DNA of 64,000 nucleotides from Octopus vulgaris (GCA_951406725.2 OX597820.1:107508001-107572000); one strand, 5' to 3'. Shown: positions 1 to 13,696, counted from the stretch's first letter. A program made the numbers and translations. Notes: a model not told the origin generated them from the sequence alone.

Positions 1-269
1 CTGATTAACTAGACTTGTCAAACAGTATAAAAGAAATAGTAATTTTAATTAGAGTCAAAGAAATCTTTTTTTAAATTGTTGTTGTGTTTATTTGGAGAGT
101 AAACATCATTATACGGTGGAATTGCAATATTATAATGAAGAGTCCCAATAATGGATTTCAAATGGAAGACTTACATTTTCTTAGCCACATCGGCTTCACG
201 AAACTGTACTTTGACCATGTTCCCTTTCAGCTTATGAAGAACCTCGAAAGGAAAAACACGAGAATAAAG

Positions 270-445
270 AAGAGAAAAGCCGCAATTTACGCCGTCGATT
301 AAAACATGTGTTGGAGAAATAACAACTTCCGCTTCTCGCCGGAAGTTCAAACGCTGTTTATTTCATGACTTCGGAATGGAGAGAATGTAAAGAAGGAAGA
401 AGTCACGCGACGTTCGTTTGCTTCGATTCGTATTATTCGCGCGTC
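270..445. promoter_or_regulatory. CpG-rich promoter-like segment with an inverted pair of ETS/GABP motifs
   Basis: Local CpG cluster in otherwise CpG-poor DNA. AACTTCCG (324-331) and CCGGAAGTT (339-347) face each other. Lies about 2.6 kb upstream of the GILT ATG exon, which begins with a splice acceptor, so an upstream non-coding exon is implied. Confidence 0.5.
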
Positions 446-1229
446 TTTTCTACTTTCTAAATAATTGAATTAAAAACTAAGTTCGATACATTTCATTAAT
501 GTTGACAATAAAATTAGAATATTTCAAAATTGTTTTAATATTTCATATCAGCTTTGATGGAGTAGATCTATCCATGATCAATCCAAAAGCACCCTATGTT
601 TTGAAATACAGGGCATAACTTCATGTGTGTTCCCTCTCACCATCGACTTTGTTTCTTCATAGCCTTCGGAAAAATGCATGCTTTTCATTAAATTTTCCAG
701 AAATATTGTTCAGACAACTAGATAACGATTATATCAAAATTTGTTGTGAAAACCTTTTTCATAGATCTGGCAAAACGTATGAGGAAACAAAGGCCAAGGT
801 GCGTGAATTACCTGTTCCCCACCCAACCATATTATTTTCACATCAAATTCCGACATTATTGCAATCCACACCATCAGAAACATAGACGAATTTTCATTTA
901 GAAATATGGTAACCCGGGCAAAATAAGTAATGTTTGATTTCTTGTTTATTTTCTCCCTACTTGTTTGAAATCATTACATTGCAGGTATTGCATCATCAGT
1001 TTGTACTGTAGCATCCTCTTTCGAAGTAAAAATTGTTCAGTTTAGTTGTTGTTATTGTTGAAGTTGAAAGATTTTGAAACAGTTAGGTGGCGACTAATGA
1101 AACCTATTTTTGTTGGAATATAACACATATGTATATGATATATTCATAATACAAAACCACATTAAAAATACAAACCAAAACCAGGAGAGAAAAAGTGATA
1201 AAAGAGGAACAAAGAAAGGAAAAAACACA

Positions 1230-1370
1230 TCGATTCAATTGGTCACACACCACATGGTTCAACAGGACCTACTAACGCAAGCCAACATGCACGCGGCATT
1301 ACCACAGGCAATGGTGGGGGCTGAGGCATTGGAACAGCCAAGCACCCACATGAGCCTCACCTGGAGACAG
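1230..1370 (-). mobile_element. 3' fragment of a CRE/REL-endonuclease non-LTR retrotransposon
   Basis: Minus strand reads AWLFQCLS..IACGNAACML, resembling the LFQRLSxAxQRGNA C-terminus of CRE-type elements. Confidence 0.4.
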
Positions 1371-2441
1371 TTACTTTATTTTTCAAGAACTTTTTCCTCA
1401 ACTTTGATCCAATTGTTACTATTAAAATATCTGGATAATTTTTGGTGTTTAACTATATTCTTTTCTCTATTGGATTTCCCACACTAATGTCTAATTTGAT
1501 AATTTTCAATCTTCAAAAGAAAGGTCTAAATTAGAGCAAAATGAATCATGGCTAACTTCAATTTCTATTCTTTAATTGCATGGTGTGTAAATATAACGAG
1601 AAGGGGGCCACTTCAGTAGACCATGAAGAAACTATAGAGAATATTTTATATTGAAGTTTTAGATTTTGTTGAGATTAGTTAATTTCATTTCATGTGTCAT
1701 TTTCCCATTCTCTTTCATTTGACTTAAATATTTAAAATTTTTGTTGCATTTCTGATTTTTCTTATGTCTAAGGATGGATATTGATGTGTACGAGTCTTTC
1801 TCCAAATGTAATTCTGAAGAATTGAAGAGGCAAATTTACTTGTTTTATTCATTTTACCCCAGCTAAATTCATCTTTTACATGCTCAAAGAGAATGGTGGT
1901 AGTATTCTGAAATAGTGTTTTTAGAGAAGGTCATTTGTTTAGCTGATATAGTTTTTGTAAGGTAGTGAACATTTGTAAATAATTTTTTTTCCTCAGAGTC
2001 AAAAATGCAGTATTCAAGAAGACCTGTACTCCACAGCAGAAGTGTTAATACTGGTCCCTCTGGTGGTAAAAAGCACTCATGGCAGTGTCACGTAAAAGTG
2101 CTTGTGCAACACCATGTAAAAGTGCCCATGCAGTGCCACATAAAAGCACCCAGCATACTCTGTAAAGCAGTAGGTGTTAGGAAGAGCATCCAGCCATAGA
2201 AACCATGCCAACACACATTGAATCTACATGTTTAGGAGGAACGTTGTTGCATATATGGGACTTTCATGGAACTTCAGATGATTGACATACCCAGCCTTGG
2301 AAAGGCATATGCAGCCACACATTTCACACCTCTAGCACTTTAGATTCTACATAATGCATACACACGCACAAGCATATTTGAAAAAATTCTTAAATTATAA
2401 ATTATTAATTATATAGAAAAAACCCATCAGGTTTTCTTCCC

Positions 2442-2772
2442 ACCACATGGTTCTAGGTTCAGTCCTACTGCATGGCTCCTTGAGCAAGTGTCTTCTACTA
2501 TAGCTTTGGGCTGACCAAAGGCTTGTGAGTGGATTTGGTAGACGGAAATTGAAAGAAACTCGTCGTGTGTGTGTGTCTCCCACCGCCGCTTGGCTACCGG
2601 TGTTGGTGTGCTTACGTCCCTGTGCCTTAGCGATTCGGCAAAGGGAGTCGATAGAATAAGTTCCAGGCTTTAGAAAATGATAAGTACTGGAGTTGATTTT
2701 ATTTGACTAAAATTCTTTAAGGCGGTGCCCCAGCATGGTCGTAGTTTACTGACTGAAACAAGTAAAAGATGA
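2442..2772 (+). mobile_element. tRNA-derived CORE-like SINE, 5'-truncated
   Basis: Same family as 63367-63750: ccacatggtt..ggttcagtcc, ccttgagcaagtg, and a gactgaaacaagtaaaaga tail. Confidence 0.8.
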
Positions 2773-3043
2773 AAAAAAAAATACAGATCAACACAGACCG
2801 TCAGATGCGTCAATCTTTCTTTTTTTTTTTAATAAATCTTTAAATATAATTAATAATTTTAATTGAAGAAAATTTTTTTTTCCAAATATTGTAACTATGT
2901 CGAGAAATGTTTCTAATAACATTTTAAAGGTACAGACACGCACACGGGTGTGTGTATGCAACTAAGAACATCATTATTATTGAAAATAAAAGCAGTTGAC
3001 TTGAAGTCTTTTCCTTCTCTCATTGACCTATTTCATTTCAGTC

Positions 3044-3190
3044 ATGGCTTTCCTTCCACTTAACATGATGATAGCTTTTATCAGTCTAATAATGCTAGCT
3101 GGTAATCTGATGTCGGAGACATTTCCAACGGACTGCAATGTGCCGCCCAGTGTTTGGTGTTCTTCACAAGAGATAGCCGACAAATGTAAA
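3044..3190 (+). CDS. IFI30: GILT/IFI30 coding exon 1: signal peptide plus saposin-A-like propeptide (MAFLPLNMM...CNVPPSVWCSSQEIADKCK)
   Basis: Acceptor tttcag ends at 3041, ATG at 3044, 49 codons, donor GTAAGT at 3191, phase 0. Hydrophobic N-terminus followed by a C-x-x-P-P-x-x-W-C motif. Confidence 0.88.
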
Positions 3191-4625
3191 GTAAGTGATA
3201 TATGTTTATGTATGGAGAGAACAGCTGTAACATTAGTAATAGGGGAGATAAAGAGAATATTCTTAGATATTTTATTTCTGTTTTAATTAGGGATGTCGAG
3301 ATGACGGAGATGCATTAAAGTTTTTGGCGTTGTCTTCTGTCTTACGTTGCATTCTTCAAATCCATTACGAACCTAACTTCCACCCGTCTGAGATGGATAA
3401 CAACATGTTCGATTATGTATATAAATAAGTAATCCCTTACAAATTTGGTTGCGTGTCTAAGTAAAGAGAAATCATTTGAAACAAAAGCATTTCTATCGTT
3501 GAAATATTTTGTTTGAATGCATATTTTATTGATTAACCTCAGATCAGTCTTGAACGAGTAGACTACTGATCGAAAACGTTCGAGCCTTGAACATCCCGTC
3601 AGCTAACTGCATTACTTAATGAGTGTATGTTTTAAGACGATTAGCCAAGTTGTCTTCTTCCTGCATGAAAATATGACTATTTATCGATGCAGGTCATTTT
3701 CGTACGGATTAAAAAAAAAAACTTAGTTACATTAACATACAATGACAGGTTTAATAAGTTTGGTCGAGGCAGCTTGAGTAAAGTTGAAAAGGTTGTATTT
3801 AAAGAAAAGCTGCGAGTTGCGTAAATGGTTTCAGGATTCTTGGAAATAAATTGACAGAAGAAATAGTTTATAGTCTACGCAACTTTAATTCAACCATTAC
3901 CTATTCACAACTTCATCAAGTTGTAAATAGAATACAAATGTTAGTTTGTTAGAGAATTTCTAGTTTTTGGTTACTGCTTACTACTAAGTCATGTGAAAGG
4001 AGGTAGATATAGAGATAAAGGTAGTTGTCACCTGCTGAAGGTCTCTTACTACAGACTGAGCCGAGCCATCCAAGTAGCAGACATTGAAGGGCGAGTGGAC
4101 TGATCGAGTAACATCAACAGCCCTTACAAAAATGAGCGGACCCAGAGGGGCACACGTGTGGAAGAATCGACCCTGTTGTTGAGCACTCGCTTGAGACTAG
4201 AGAAATATCGTCTTCAATTAGTTTGCGATTGAGTTTTTGGCACAGTCGGAAGGGGTCTGCATGCGCAGCGTCGGTGCCGGTGGGCAACCTGAGAGAAGCG
4301 AGAGGCTAGTTGAGGAAGGGTGGCAAACACAATAAATGCGAGTTATTATTTTTTTTAGTTTGTTTTCGTTTTTCTGTGAATTTATCAGACTTTAAACTTT
4401 TCCTTGGACAAACTTTTGTTCCATTATCTTTTTCTTTTCCTTCTCATTACCCTTTTGTTTCATGTTAATCATATTTGCAGAGAGACAGATGAACGAGAAG
4501 ATGTATGTTTTATTTTACATGCCTGTATCTTTCTGTAACTTCATTTCCAATTTAAAATATACAGTGTTTTTTTATTCATTTCAGTTCATATATTTTGTGT
4601 GCATAACACATAACATATTTATTGT

Positions 4626-5193
4626 ATTGTGTCTGGGGAGAGTCATTCTCTTTTAGTGCCTTATTATTTAACACATTCACCAGATTAATTTTTTTGTGTG
4701 CTTCAGAGTGCATGTGTATACACATATGTATGTATGTATGTGTAGCATTGGTGGAATGCATCTGCACTCTCTGAGATATGCACACACAAACATAAACACA
4801 AACATGAACACACAAGCACATGGATATGCAGAATACATACATACAAACGAGCACACATGCATACATATATATATATATATATATGCATACACACACACAT
4901 ACATGCAGGGTACATACATACAAACATGTGCTTATGCATACACACATACATGCACGCACACATACATGCACACACACACATACATATGTGTATGTGCATG
5001 CACACTGACAAATGCGCACAAACAAACAGAAAAAGAATGCAGTGCCAATAACAGAGTTAACGACTATTGAAAAGGTAGCAAGACACAATGAAAATAGTAG
5101 TAAAAATAAATAAGTAAATGAGTGGAAATAAGACCAGTGAGTCTGTTAAATTAAGAAGGCACTAAAAGAGAATAATTCTCCCCAGACACAATA
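4626..5193. repeat. ~55-bp inverted repeats around a (CA)/(TA)-rich microsatellite
   Basis: tgtgtctggggagagtcattctcttttagtgcc (about 4626-4680) is reverse-complemented at about 5137-5193. Confidence 0.7.
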
Positions 5194-5439
5194 AAACATT
5201 AGAAAAAATATTTTGTAATGCTCATAGAGTTAAATTATTGCTTTCATACATAGAGTAATCATTAGATTTCAAATGTGTTTTGCTGACAGTTGAGTTCTTG
5301 ATAACTATATTACCTCTTAGAATGCTCCAAGCTGAATTTTTAGAATAGCTATTTGACCAATCTGCATGTAGCTTAAATATCACAGTTTTCCAGGTGTACC
5401 GATATTCTGTAATTTGTTTATATTCATATATTTTTTAAT

Positions 5440-6120
5440 CTACATCATTAACTGGTTGTTCTACCATGAAATACTCTCAAATATTGACCACCACATGATG
5501 AAGAAACTCAATTATTTAGTCTCAAAACATTATAACTCCCTCACTTCTAATGAAAGAGACTATATTACCAATTTTGAGTCAAAATCCAGCAACTTCTAGG
5601 GCTTACCTAAAATACATAAGTCAAAAGAAATGCAAAATGCTATAAAGGAACAAGGTAGTGAATACATAAAACCACTACAACCAAAAGGCCTTAAACTAAG
5701 ACCCATTATAGCTAGTTCAGCCTGTCCTACACATCATCTGAGCAACCTCACTGACATTTCCTAAAACCACTATGTAATCACATACCCAGTTTCATTGATT
5801 TCCTGTCACATCTGCCCAAAACAACAGAATGCAATTGGCGAGACAGGGATTGTATTATTGAAATGCTCACGAGTCCACAGACAACAAATCTGGAACACCA
5901 ATGTTCACCAAATTCCATTGAGCAAACATATTGAGACTTATGATCAGAAAATGTTTCTAATCTTTTTCTTTTCCACAAACTACATAACACAAGTGAAGTT
6001 GGAAGAAAGATAGAAGAAAAACGGTTTAGCAAAATGTTCAAACCTGTTCTGAATGGAAATAACAACCAGTTAATGATGTGGATTAGAAAATATCTTTAAC
6101 ATATGAATATAAACAAATTA
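5440..6120 (+). mobile_element. Penelope-like element reverse transcriptase remnant
   Basis: Degenerate reading GLPKIHK...LRPIIAS...PTHHLS, typical of the PLE RT N-terminus, with stops and frameshifts. Confidence 0.7.
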
Positions 6121-6598
6121 CAGAAGACTCCCACCAACTGAAATAAAAATGATAAAAACCAATTAAGTTTGCTCACTCATAATACCATTACATGTAAACT
6201 GCAAGCTAATTGGTTAAAATAAAGGCAGGATCTATACCAGCAATATTGGTACACCCAGCAAACATGATGTCTAAGCTGCATACAGATTGGTCAAAACCAT
6301 ATTCCAAAAATTCGGCTTGTTGGAGCATTCTAAGAGGTTCCAAAAGAAAGAAGTTAGTCATTTTACTACAGTTGTCAAGAACTCAACTGTCAGTCAAATA
6401 CATTTTGAAATCTGATGATTACTATAAACATATGAAAGTGCTAATAGAACTTTATGAACATTATAAAATATTTTTTTTAATGTTTTACTTCAACATTGTA
6501 AAAAAAAAATATTTTTTTAGCATATCATAATAAGAAATGTGAAAACCAGACCATGTTTTAACTTTATTCAACTGATATATTATTCTATGCACATTTAC

Positions 6599-6641
<43 letters not shown>

Positions 6642-6644
<3 letters not shown>

Positions 6645-8155
6645 TCATCATCATCATTTAACGTCCGTTTTCCATGCAAGCATGAGTTGGACGGTTCGAC
6701 CGGGGTCTGGTAAGCCATGGAGGCTGCACCAGGCTCCAGTCTGATTTGGCAGTGTTTCTATAGCTGGATGCCCTTCCTAACGCCAACCACTCCGTGAGTG
6801 TAGTGGGTGTTTTTTACGGGCCACCGGCACAGGAGCCAGCGCAGGCTGGCAAATGGCCATGATCAGTTTGTGCTTTTATGTGTCACCGACACGGACGCCA
6901 GTAACTGCTACGCTTGAACAGTGCTTTTACGTGTCACCAGCACTGGTATCTTAACTACAATTACCATTCGAATTTTTTATGTTGACGAACTTGACTCAAC
7001 AGGTCTCCTCAAGAACAGGGAGTCACTCTATGATCCAAGGTCAGTGCAGCAGGCTGTCCTGCAAGCATGAACTCACTTCATTTGTTGGGTCTTCAAATCC
7101 TCAAGAACAGCGAGTCACTCTACTTCATTTGTCGGGTCTTCGAAGTTACAGCATATCTCCAGAGGTCTCGGTCTTTCGTCATAGCCTCTGTGAGGCTCAA
7201 AGTATGAAGGTCATGCTTGACCACCTCGTCCCATGTCTTCCTGGGTCTGCCTCTACCCCAGGTTCCTTCAACAGTTTGGGAGTGGCACTTCTTCACACAT
7301 CTCTCCTCGTCCATCCTTAGTACATGACCGTACCAACACAATCATCTCTCCTGCATGCTGCATCCAATGCTTCTTATGTCCAACATTTCTCTCAGGATAC
7401 TTACACTCTGTCGTGCATGGACACTGATATTACACATCCAGCGGATCATGCTAGCTTCATTTCTTTCAAGCCTACGCATGTCCTCCGCAGTCACAGCCCA
7501 CGTTTCACTGCTATGAAGCATGGCAGTTCACACACATGCATCGTACAACCTACCTTTCACTCTGAGCGAGAGACCCTTTGTCGCCAGTAGGGGGAGAAGC
7601 TTCCTAAACTTTGCCCAAGCTATTCTTATTCTAGTGGTAACGCTCTCTGAGCATCCACCCCCCACTACTAACTTGGTCACCTAGGTAGCAGAAACTATCA
7701 AATACTTCTAGTTTCTTCCCCTGGAGTGTGATGGAATCTGTTTTCTGAGTAGCAATGGTGTCAATTGCCCCTGTGCATCTGCCGCACACGAAAGCTATCT
7801 TCTCGGTTAATTTTCCTTTGATATTGCTGCACCTCTTATGTGTCCATAGCTTACACTGGGTACATCTTATGGAGTTTCTACCTACACCTTTTCTACAGAT
7901 CGAGCAGGGCCACCTACCTGAAGGGGTGTGTGGTGAGTTTGCCTTCCTACTTACTAGAACTTTGGTCTTTGCTACATTGACTCTAAGGCCTTTTGATTCT
8001 AAACCTAGCTGCCACACACGAAATTTCTTCTCTAGTTCCAGTAGCAATTCTGCTACAAGGCCTAGGTCATCGGCATAGAGGAGCTCCCAGGGACAACCTG
8101 TCTTAAATTCCTCTGTTATTGCCTGGAGGACTATGATGAATAGAAGGGGGCTGAT
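6642..8155 (-). mobile_element. RTE-clade LINE, 5'-truncated, in GILT intron 1
   Basis: ORFs 7631-8275 and 7120-7341: SPLLF..WELLYADD, a Cys/His PHD-like finger, YLG, WYGHVLR, RGRPRKTW. Repetitive 3'UTR ends in (GAT)n. Confidence 0.9.
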
Positions 8156-8931
8156 ATATATGTACTTGTCTTTTATGGTTGTGTAGTTTAGCAGCTTGTT
8201 TCCCAACTGAGTGGTCTTGGATACAGCCTCACTGCATGGCACCTTGGTCAGATGTCTTCTACTATAGCTGACCAAGATCTTGTGAGTGGATCTGATTGGT
8301 GGAAATTAAAAGCAGCCTCTCATGTGTGCATGTATACCCTTGTCTAGATATCACATGAAGGTTGTAAATGAACATTATCATCATGTGAATGATGTACTTC
8401 ATTTCCAGTCTTCTGTGGAAAACATGTCTGGCCATGGGGAAATATTACCCTACCTGGAAACAAATGAAGGCTGACAAGAAAAAGGAGTTCCAACTGTAAA
8501 AATTTTACTTTAACAAATTCCATCTGATCCATGCAAACATGGAAAAGTGAACTTTAAATGGCAGCAGCGGCATTTGTATGATTAATTCTACAACAATCAC
8601 TAGATAATGATTTCTTGCATGTAATAATGCCTTCCAAGTATAAAAATTTCTTTTATCTCATCCAAGTTTTTAATGTTTTCCTTTTCGTAAGAAGAAAGTA
8701 TTTGAAACATCAAGAACTATCAACAATAGAGTTAATACCATGAAACGAGGGCTAAGCACTTAAATACTCCTAAAAGCTAAGTCCTTGAACACTCCTTGGG
8801 ACAAATTTACATAATTTTATTTACTATTATTAGGAAACCTACAACAACTGTATTTCTTATGGTGTCCAGTTCATAATAAATTTTCTGTTTTACTTTCTTT
8901 TCATTTTATTTTTTTTAAAATAAATTTTCAG

Positions 8932-9105
8932 GTATTGAATCAATGTGTAGCGTGGAAGTCTCGTAATCAACTCGTTAATTTTACTCTCTATTATGAAGCC
9001 CTCTGTCCTGATTGCCAAAACTTCATCATTAAGCAGTTGTTTCCTACTTTCATAAAACTTAAATCAATTATCAACCTTGGCTTGGTGCCATATGGAAATG
9101 CTTAT
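8932..9105 (+). CDS. IFI30: GILT coding exon 2 with the CPDC active site (VLNQC...LYYEALCPDC...LVPYGNAY)
   Basis: ttttcag acceptor, 58 codons, GTAAGT donor at 9106. YYExLCxxC and LVPYGNA are GILT hallmarks. Confidence 0.95.
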
Positions 9106-9440
9106 GTAAGTAATTTTTTGTAGATAATTCTCCTTGTTTTAAAGTTATACTTCATTTAATATTCCTTGTTATAAAATAGACATGTCTTATAACCATTAAT
9201 AGGCCTTTAAAACTCACCATTAGAGATTTCATTTTCACTAAGGATGATGCAGAGGAGAAACCATTTTGTAGAAACCTATTTCCCCATCAGTTTTTAATGA
9301 CAGCCAGCAAGATTATCTTTCTATCATATTTTTAAATAAGGAGTTAGCCAACCCTAACCTCAAAGTTGTATTTGTTTGGCAAGTGACTACAACTGAGATC
9401 ATTTTTGGAAATGGAAGTAGTTACATCATGGAAAAGTCAT

Positions 9441-9665
9441 TGAACCCTTTAGCATTCAGATTATTCTGTCAAATGTAATACTTATTTATTCACACCGTTT
9501 TGAATTAATTGCACATCATCTTCTAGAAAAAAGATTGCAATGATGTAAGTATTTATTTTTAGAATGACATTGTGGGGAAGGTGTGAGAAACTAGATCTGG
9601 TCAGTTTGAACAGAAACAGGTAGAAGATTGGGTTCGAATATGGCCAGTTTAAATGCTAAAGAGGT
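9441..9665. mobile_element. piggyBac-like MITE (degenerate)
   Basis: Terminal inverted repeats ccctttagcatt ... aatgctaaagagg. Confidence 0.5.
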
Positions 9666-10352
9666 GTCATGTATTAACACAAAAATTGTTATATTCACTA
9701 TTGATTTATTTTGTGAGGCAGCAAAATCTTCATCGTCCCACTGCACATTGATACAGTTCCACTGCAAATGACCAAGTTTGCTGTTGTGTGATTAAAATTT
9801 TGACACCACAAAATAAATGAAAAGTCAATATAATAATATTGTTAACTGTATGTATATTTTCACAGATTATAAGTTTTTACCATGTACTATTAATCTGGTT
9901 GGAAGGTGATGAGCTTGGAGAATTGTTAGAGCATCAGGAAAATCAATACCTTTTGCTATTTCTTTCACATCAAGGTCCACCTTGTCTTTCATCCCTCTAA
10001 AGTTGATAAAATAAAATACCAGTCAAGTACTGGGGCTGATGGTATCAACTAACACTCTCATCTCAAAATTAGTGGAGTTGTGTATAAATCAGAAACCAAA
10101 AGTGGTAAGGTAGAAAAATTATTAAGGTATCAGAAAAAATTGTTTGTTCAGGCTCTCTACATTCTAACCCACCAAGGTCAGCTTTATTTTTCCTCCTTTC
10201 AGGGCTGATAAAATAAAGTATCAGTTTAGTACTGGGTTCAGTAGTATCACTAACCCCCATTCCCCTCAAAATTGTTTGACTTATGCCTAAATCAGAAATC
10301 ATTATTAATCTGGTTGAAAGGTTTTTATTATTTGTTTTTTTTTTTTTTCCAG

Positions 10353-10427
10353 GAGCAGAAGGATGGTAAAAGTTGGAAATTCACTTGTCAGCATGGTGCT
10401 GAGGAATGCTCAGTGAATATTTTAGAG
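10353..10427 (+). CDS. IFI30: GILT coding exon 3 (EQKDGKSWKFTCQHGAEECSVNILE)
   Basis: Poly-T ccag acceptor, 25 codons, GTCAGT donor. Carries most of the CQHGx2ECx2Nx4C signature. Confidence 0.95.
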
Positions 10428-12279
10428 GTCAGTCTCATCAAATTCCTAACATATATCACTTGAACTTAGTAGGTTTACCAATTCTTTAAGACTAATGCCA
10501 AAATGTGATTTTTTTTCCTAACCATAGAAGACATTTGCTTTCATTTTATTTTGTTCAAATTATGTTTTTTAGTTTTCAATATTTTTGATCTTGAAAATGG
10601 ATAAAACTTGTTTTCATAAATTGAAAAAAAAAATTAAAGTAAAATGAAAATTTTAACGTTTGTCAAAAAAAAAAAAAACAAGAATTGAAAAACAGAAAAA
10701 CATTCTATTACTATTCAAGTTCAAATTTCAATTCATAATTTTTAAAACTTTAATTCAGATTTCCATTTATGAAAGCATTTTAGGTTTGCCAAATTTGATT
10801 TTTCAAAGGAAAGAAAACTCAAAAAAAGAAATATAGCATATCCTACTTAACACTGTGCAAATGACTGAGTTCAGAAGGTAAAGACAGTAAACTGTGATGT
10901 AGAGGCTTACATCTTGTCACTATGGCTGTGCTGTGTCTATGGACACAGATACCTAGATCTCAGCAACTTGGCACACCTGTAATTAAGTGCTTATTTTTGA
11001 TCAAAAGTAATCCATCTATGACCAACCTGTTATTATAATTATAATCAACCTGTCTTTTTATCAGACATAATATATCCAGGACTACATTATTAAAAAAAGG
11101 AAACACAGATTGAATAATGTAGTCCTAGACATACAACTTGTATCCATCTTTTTTTTTCTCAAGATGAAAACATGAGATTTGATGTAATTTCTAGCAGATC
11201 AAGCTGTAGTATAAATACTTTCTTGTTGCTTGGACATGTTAGATACCACAGAGTAAAAATAAATAATAGAAATAATTAAAAAAATAATATGTTGAGTAAA
11301 ATCATGATTAACTGATCCTCTTATATTTTTTTTACCTAAAGTCAGGAACTTTTCAGCCCACCCTCATATATTGTAATAGTTTATGTTGTAGTGGTTCATA
11401 TTGCAGTTGTGTATATTGTACAAAATTAACCTTGCCTCTGCTTAATGAAAATCATTGGGAATAGTCTTTTAACACCTATTTTTGTCTGATGGTATGGGTG
11501 AGAGGAGTTTTACAGAATAGCTTATTGACACCCCTCTCGACCCTGTGCTCCCTTTCATCTTTTTATTTGAGGTTACATGACAGCAACTATGTCTTTTGTG
11601 TCTTTTATATCGAAAAAGATATCCTTTGTTGCCAATGCAAGAACAGAGCTCTGAAATTTCACCTACTAACACCACTTCTTTACTTTCACTTCTACTTTCA
11701 TCACTAATTCTTAGATAAAAGAAACTACTACAACTAGCAAGAGATCTGGACAATAAAAGGATTTTGTTTAATGGAATCTCCTGTACATCTAGTGTTTGTC
11801 TAAGCTCATTATTGTTTTGTCATTCTGACCCCATGTTACCTTTTCTTTATTCATTGAACACACCAAATACATATTATTATTGTTATTATATTTCTGCTTA
11901 TCACCTTTCTACAAATAATGCAAAAGCACTTTTAAGTTATCACTGGGTTTTTGTGCTTTGTGTTGCTGATTAATAATTTGGTCTTTGACCCTATTAACTC
12001 CAGTCTATCCTTCCATGGAACTTTTTCTACATCACCTGAACAGATTCTAGAATTAGATTCAGCATATGAAAGTTCCTGAGGAATTCAATTCTTCATTTAT
12101 ACCTCAAGAACTATGATGAAAATACAGGTCTGAGATACTGAAGAAACCAATATTATATAAATTAATTGCCTGCCCTAACCTTTTTCACATCACTATTCGA
12201 TATGACTTGAAATGTCCTCATGAGACATTCATCTATATTATATTGAAAATGAACTTCACTCTTGCTTGCTTGCAATGTT

Positions 12280-13696
12280 ACACAGCCAAACTGGTGCATA
12301 ATGGGAAAATACTATGAATTAAGATTCCCCTGAAGTGTAAATACAAACGGAATAAAACAAGTTTTGCATAAATTGGACAACTGGTTTTGGCGATACTGGG
12401 GGCTTTGGAGGTATAAATACCCAAAACAGTGCATAACAGGAAAATACTCAGAAAATAAATTAATCCTGTAAAGGAAAAAAAACTCTAACCTTTCGATTAG
12501 ACACATTACAATGGGTAAAAGTATTAGTGACTTTAACTTGCCAACGGAAAAATATATGAATTGTTTTTTACATTAAAAGTTTCTATTTTCACTTTTGTTA
12601 AACACAATATTTTAATCATTTACAAATATTTTTAAGTGAAAGTGATTTTAAACATGTAAGTTATTTGTACAGTAAGTATTTATATTTTAGCTTTCTTTAA
12701 ACAGACAATAGTTTAATCGTTTTAAAAATTATTTTCAAGTAAATACCATTACAAAAATTTTTTTTGGCATATTTAAAAAATATTTTAAAGTGAAAATGAC
12801 TTTTAAAATAAGGTAAATATTTTGTAAAAGACCTCAGTGTGAAAACGTATCTCATCACCAAAGATTTGGCTGCTATTTCTAACATGCTCTGCTACCACGT
12901 AACAGCTATTTGCAATAAAAGACCATAAATAGCTGTTACATGGTAGCAGGCTGAGCAAGAAATAGCAACTAAATCTTTCCTTTTCTGGAGAAAGGAGCTC
13001 TTTACGTGTGATTTCGATGTCACATTCATTGAAAGCATGCAAAATAACCTGGAAAAGAAAAAAAAACACAAAATAAAATTGTTGGTGGGAAACTGTGAGG
13101 TCCCCACAACCCCTCCTCACTTTCTTTTCTGGAAGAAAGTGGCTTGCAGTGGGTTTGGAGGTGAAATACTTTGAATGCACTCGAAAAAACCCGTGGAAAA
13201 AATTATTTCACACCAGAGGACCAATGGGTTCTTTATGAAATATTTACCCAAGATTGGGACAAGCATGTGAGTATAAGAGTTGATGAGACTGATAAAGCAA
13301 GGGCTGAGTATCCGGTGGATCAGAGGGAAAGAGACAGTAGCAGGAGAGATCAGGAATTGGACACTTGAAGAGCTGAGCATCTGGTGAAACAGAGGGAAAG
13401 AAACAAAAGCAGGAGACATCATGAATTGGATGATCATGTGAATACAAACAGAATAAACCAAGTTTTGTGTAAATCGGACCACAGGTTACTGAGATGTGCT
13501 GTTTTTTCAGGTACTTTTATAAATAGCCAAACCAGTGTATAATGGGGAAATGCTTTGAAAGTAAGGTATCGTTGAAATGTGAATACACATGGAATAACAG
13601 GAGTTTCACATAAACCAGACCATGGATTCCTGAGATATGCAGTTTTTTTGGGTACCTTGAACTACTGGTGACCCAACAGGTCACTGGTAGTCTAGT
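12280..13696 (+). mobile_element. Non-autonomous Helitron-like element with internal sub-repeats
   Basis: Repeated units (ggaataa..aagttt..ataaa..ggac..gagat) at about 12350, 13450 and 13590. 3' hairpin actactggtgacc-caaca-ggtcactggtagt is followed by CTAG|T. The 5' limit is approximate. Confidence 0.55.

Noticed and set aside
985-1082. Candidate GILT 5' non-coding exon after ttgcag
   Set aside because: The donor sites are weak and cannot be fixed without cDNA.
84-1487. Short ORFs at 84-302, 625-885 and 1110-1487
   Set aside because: Non-ATG starts and no motifs; the last overlaps a retroelement fragment on the opposite strand.
4576-5088. Overlapping Cys/Val/Tyr/His-rich ORFs here and at 24883-25620, 39526-39873 and 62949-63575
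   Set aside because: They are translations of (CA)n/(TA)n microsatellites, not genes.
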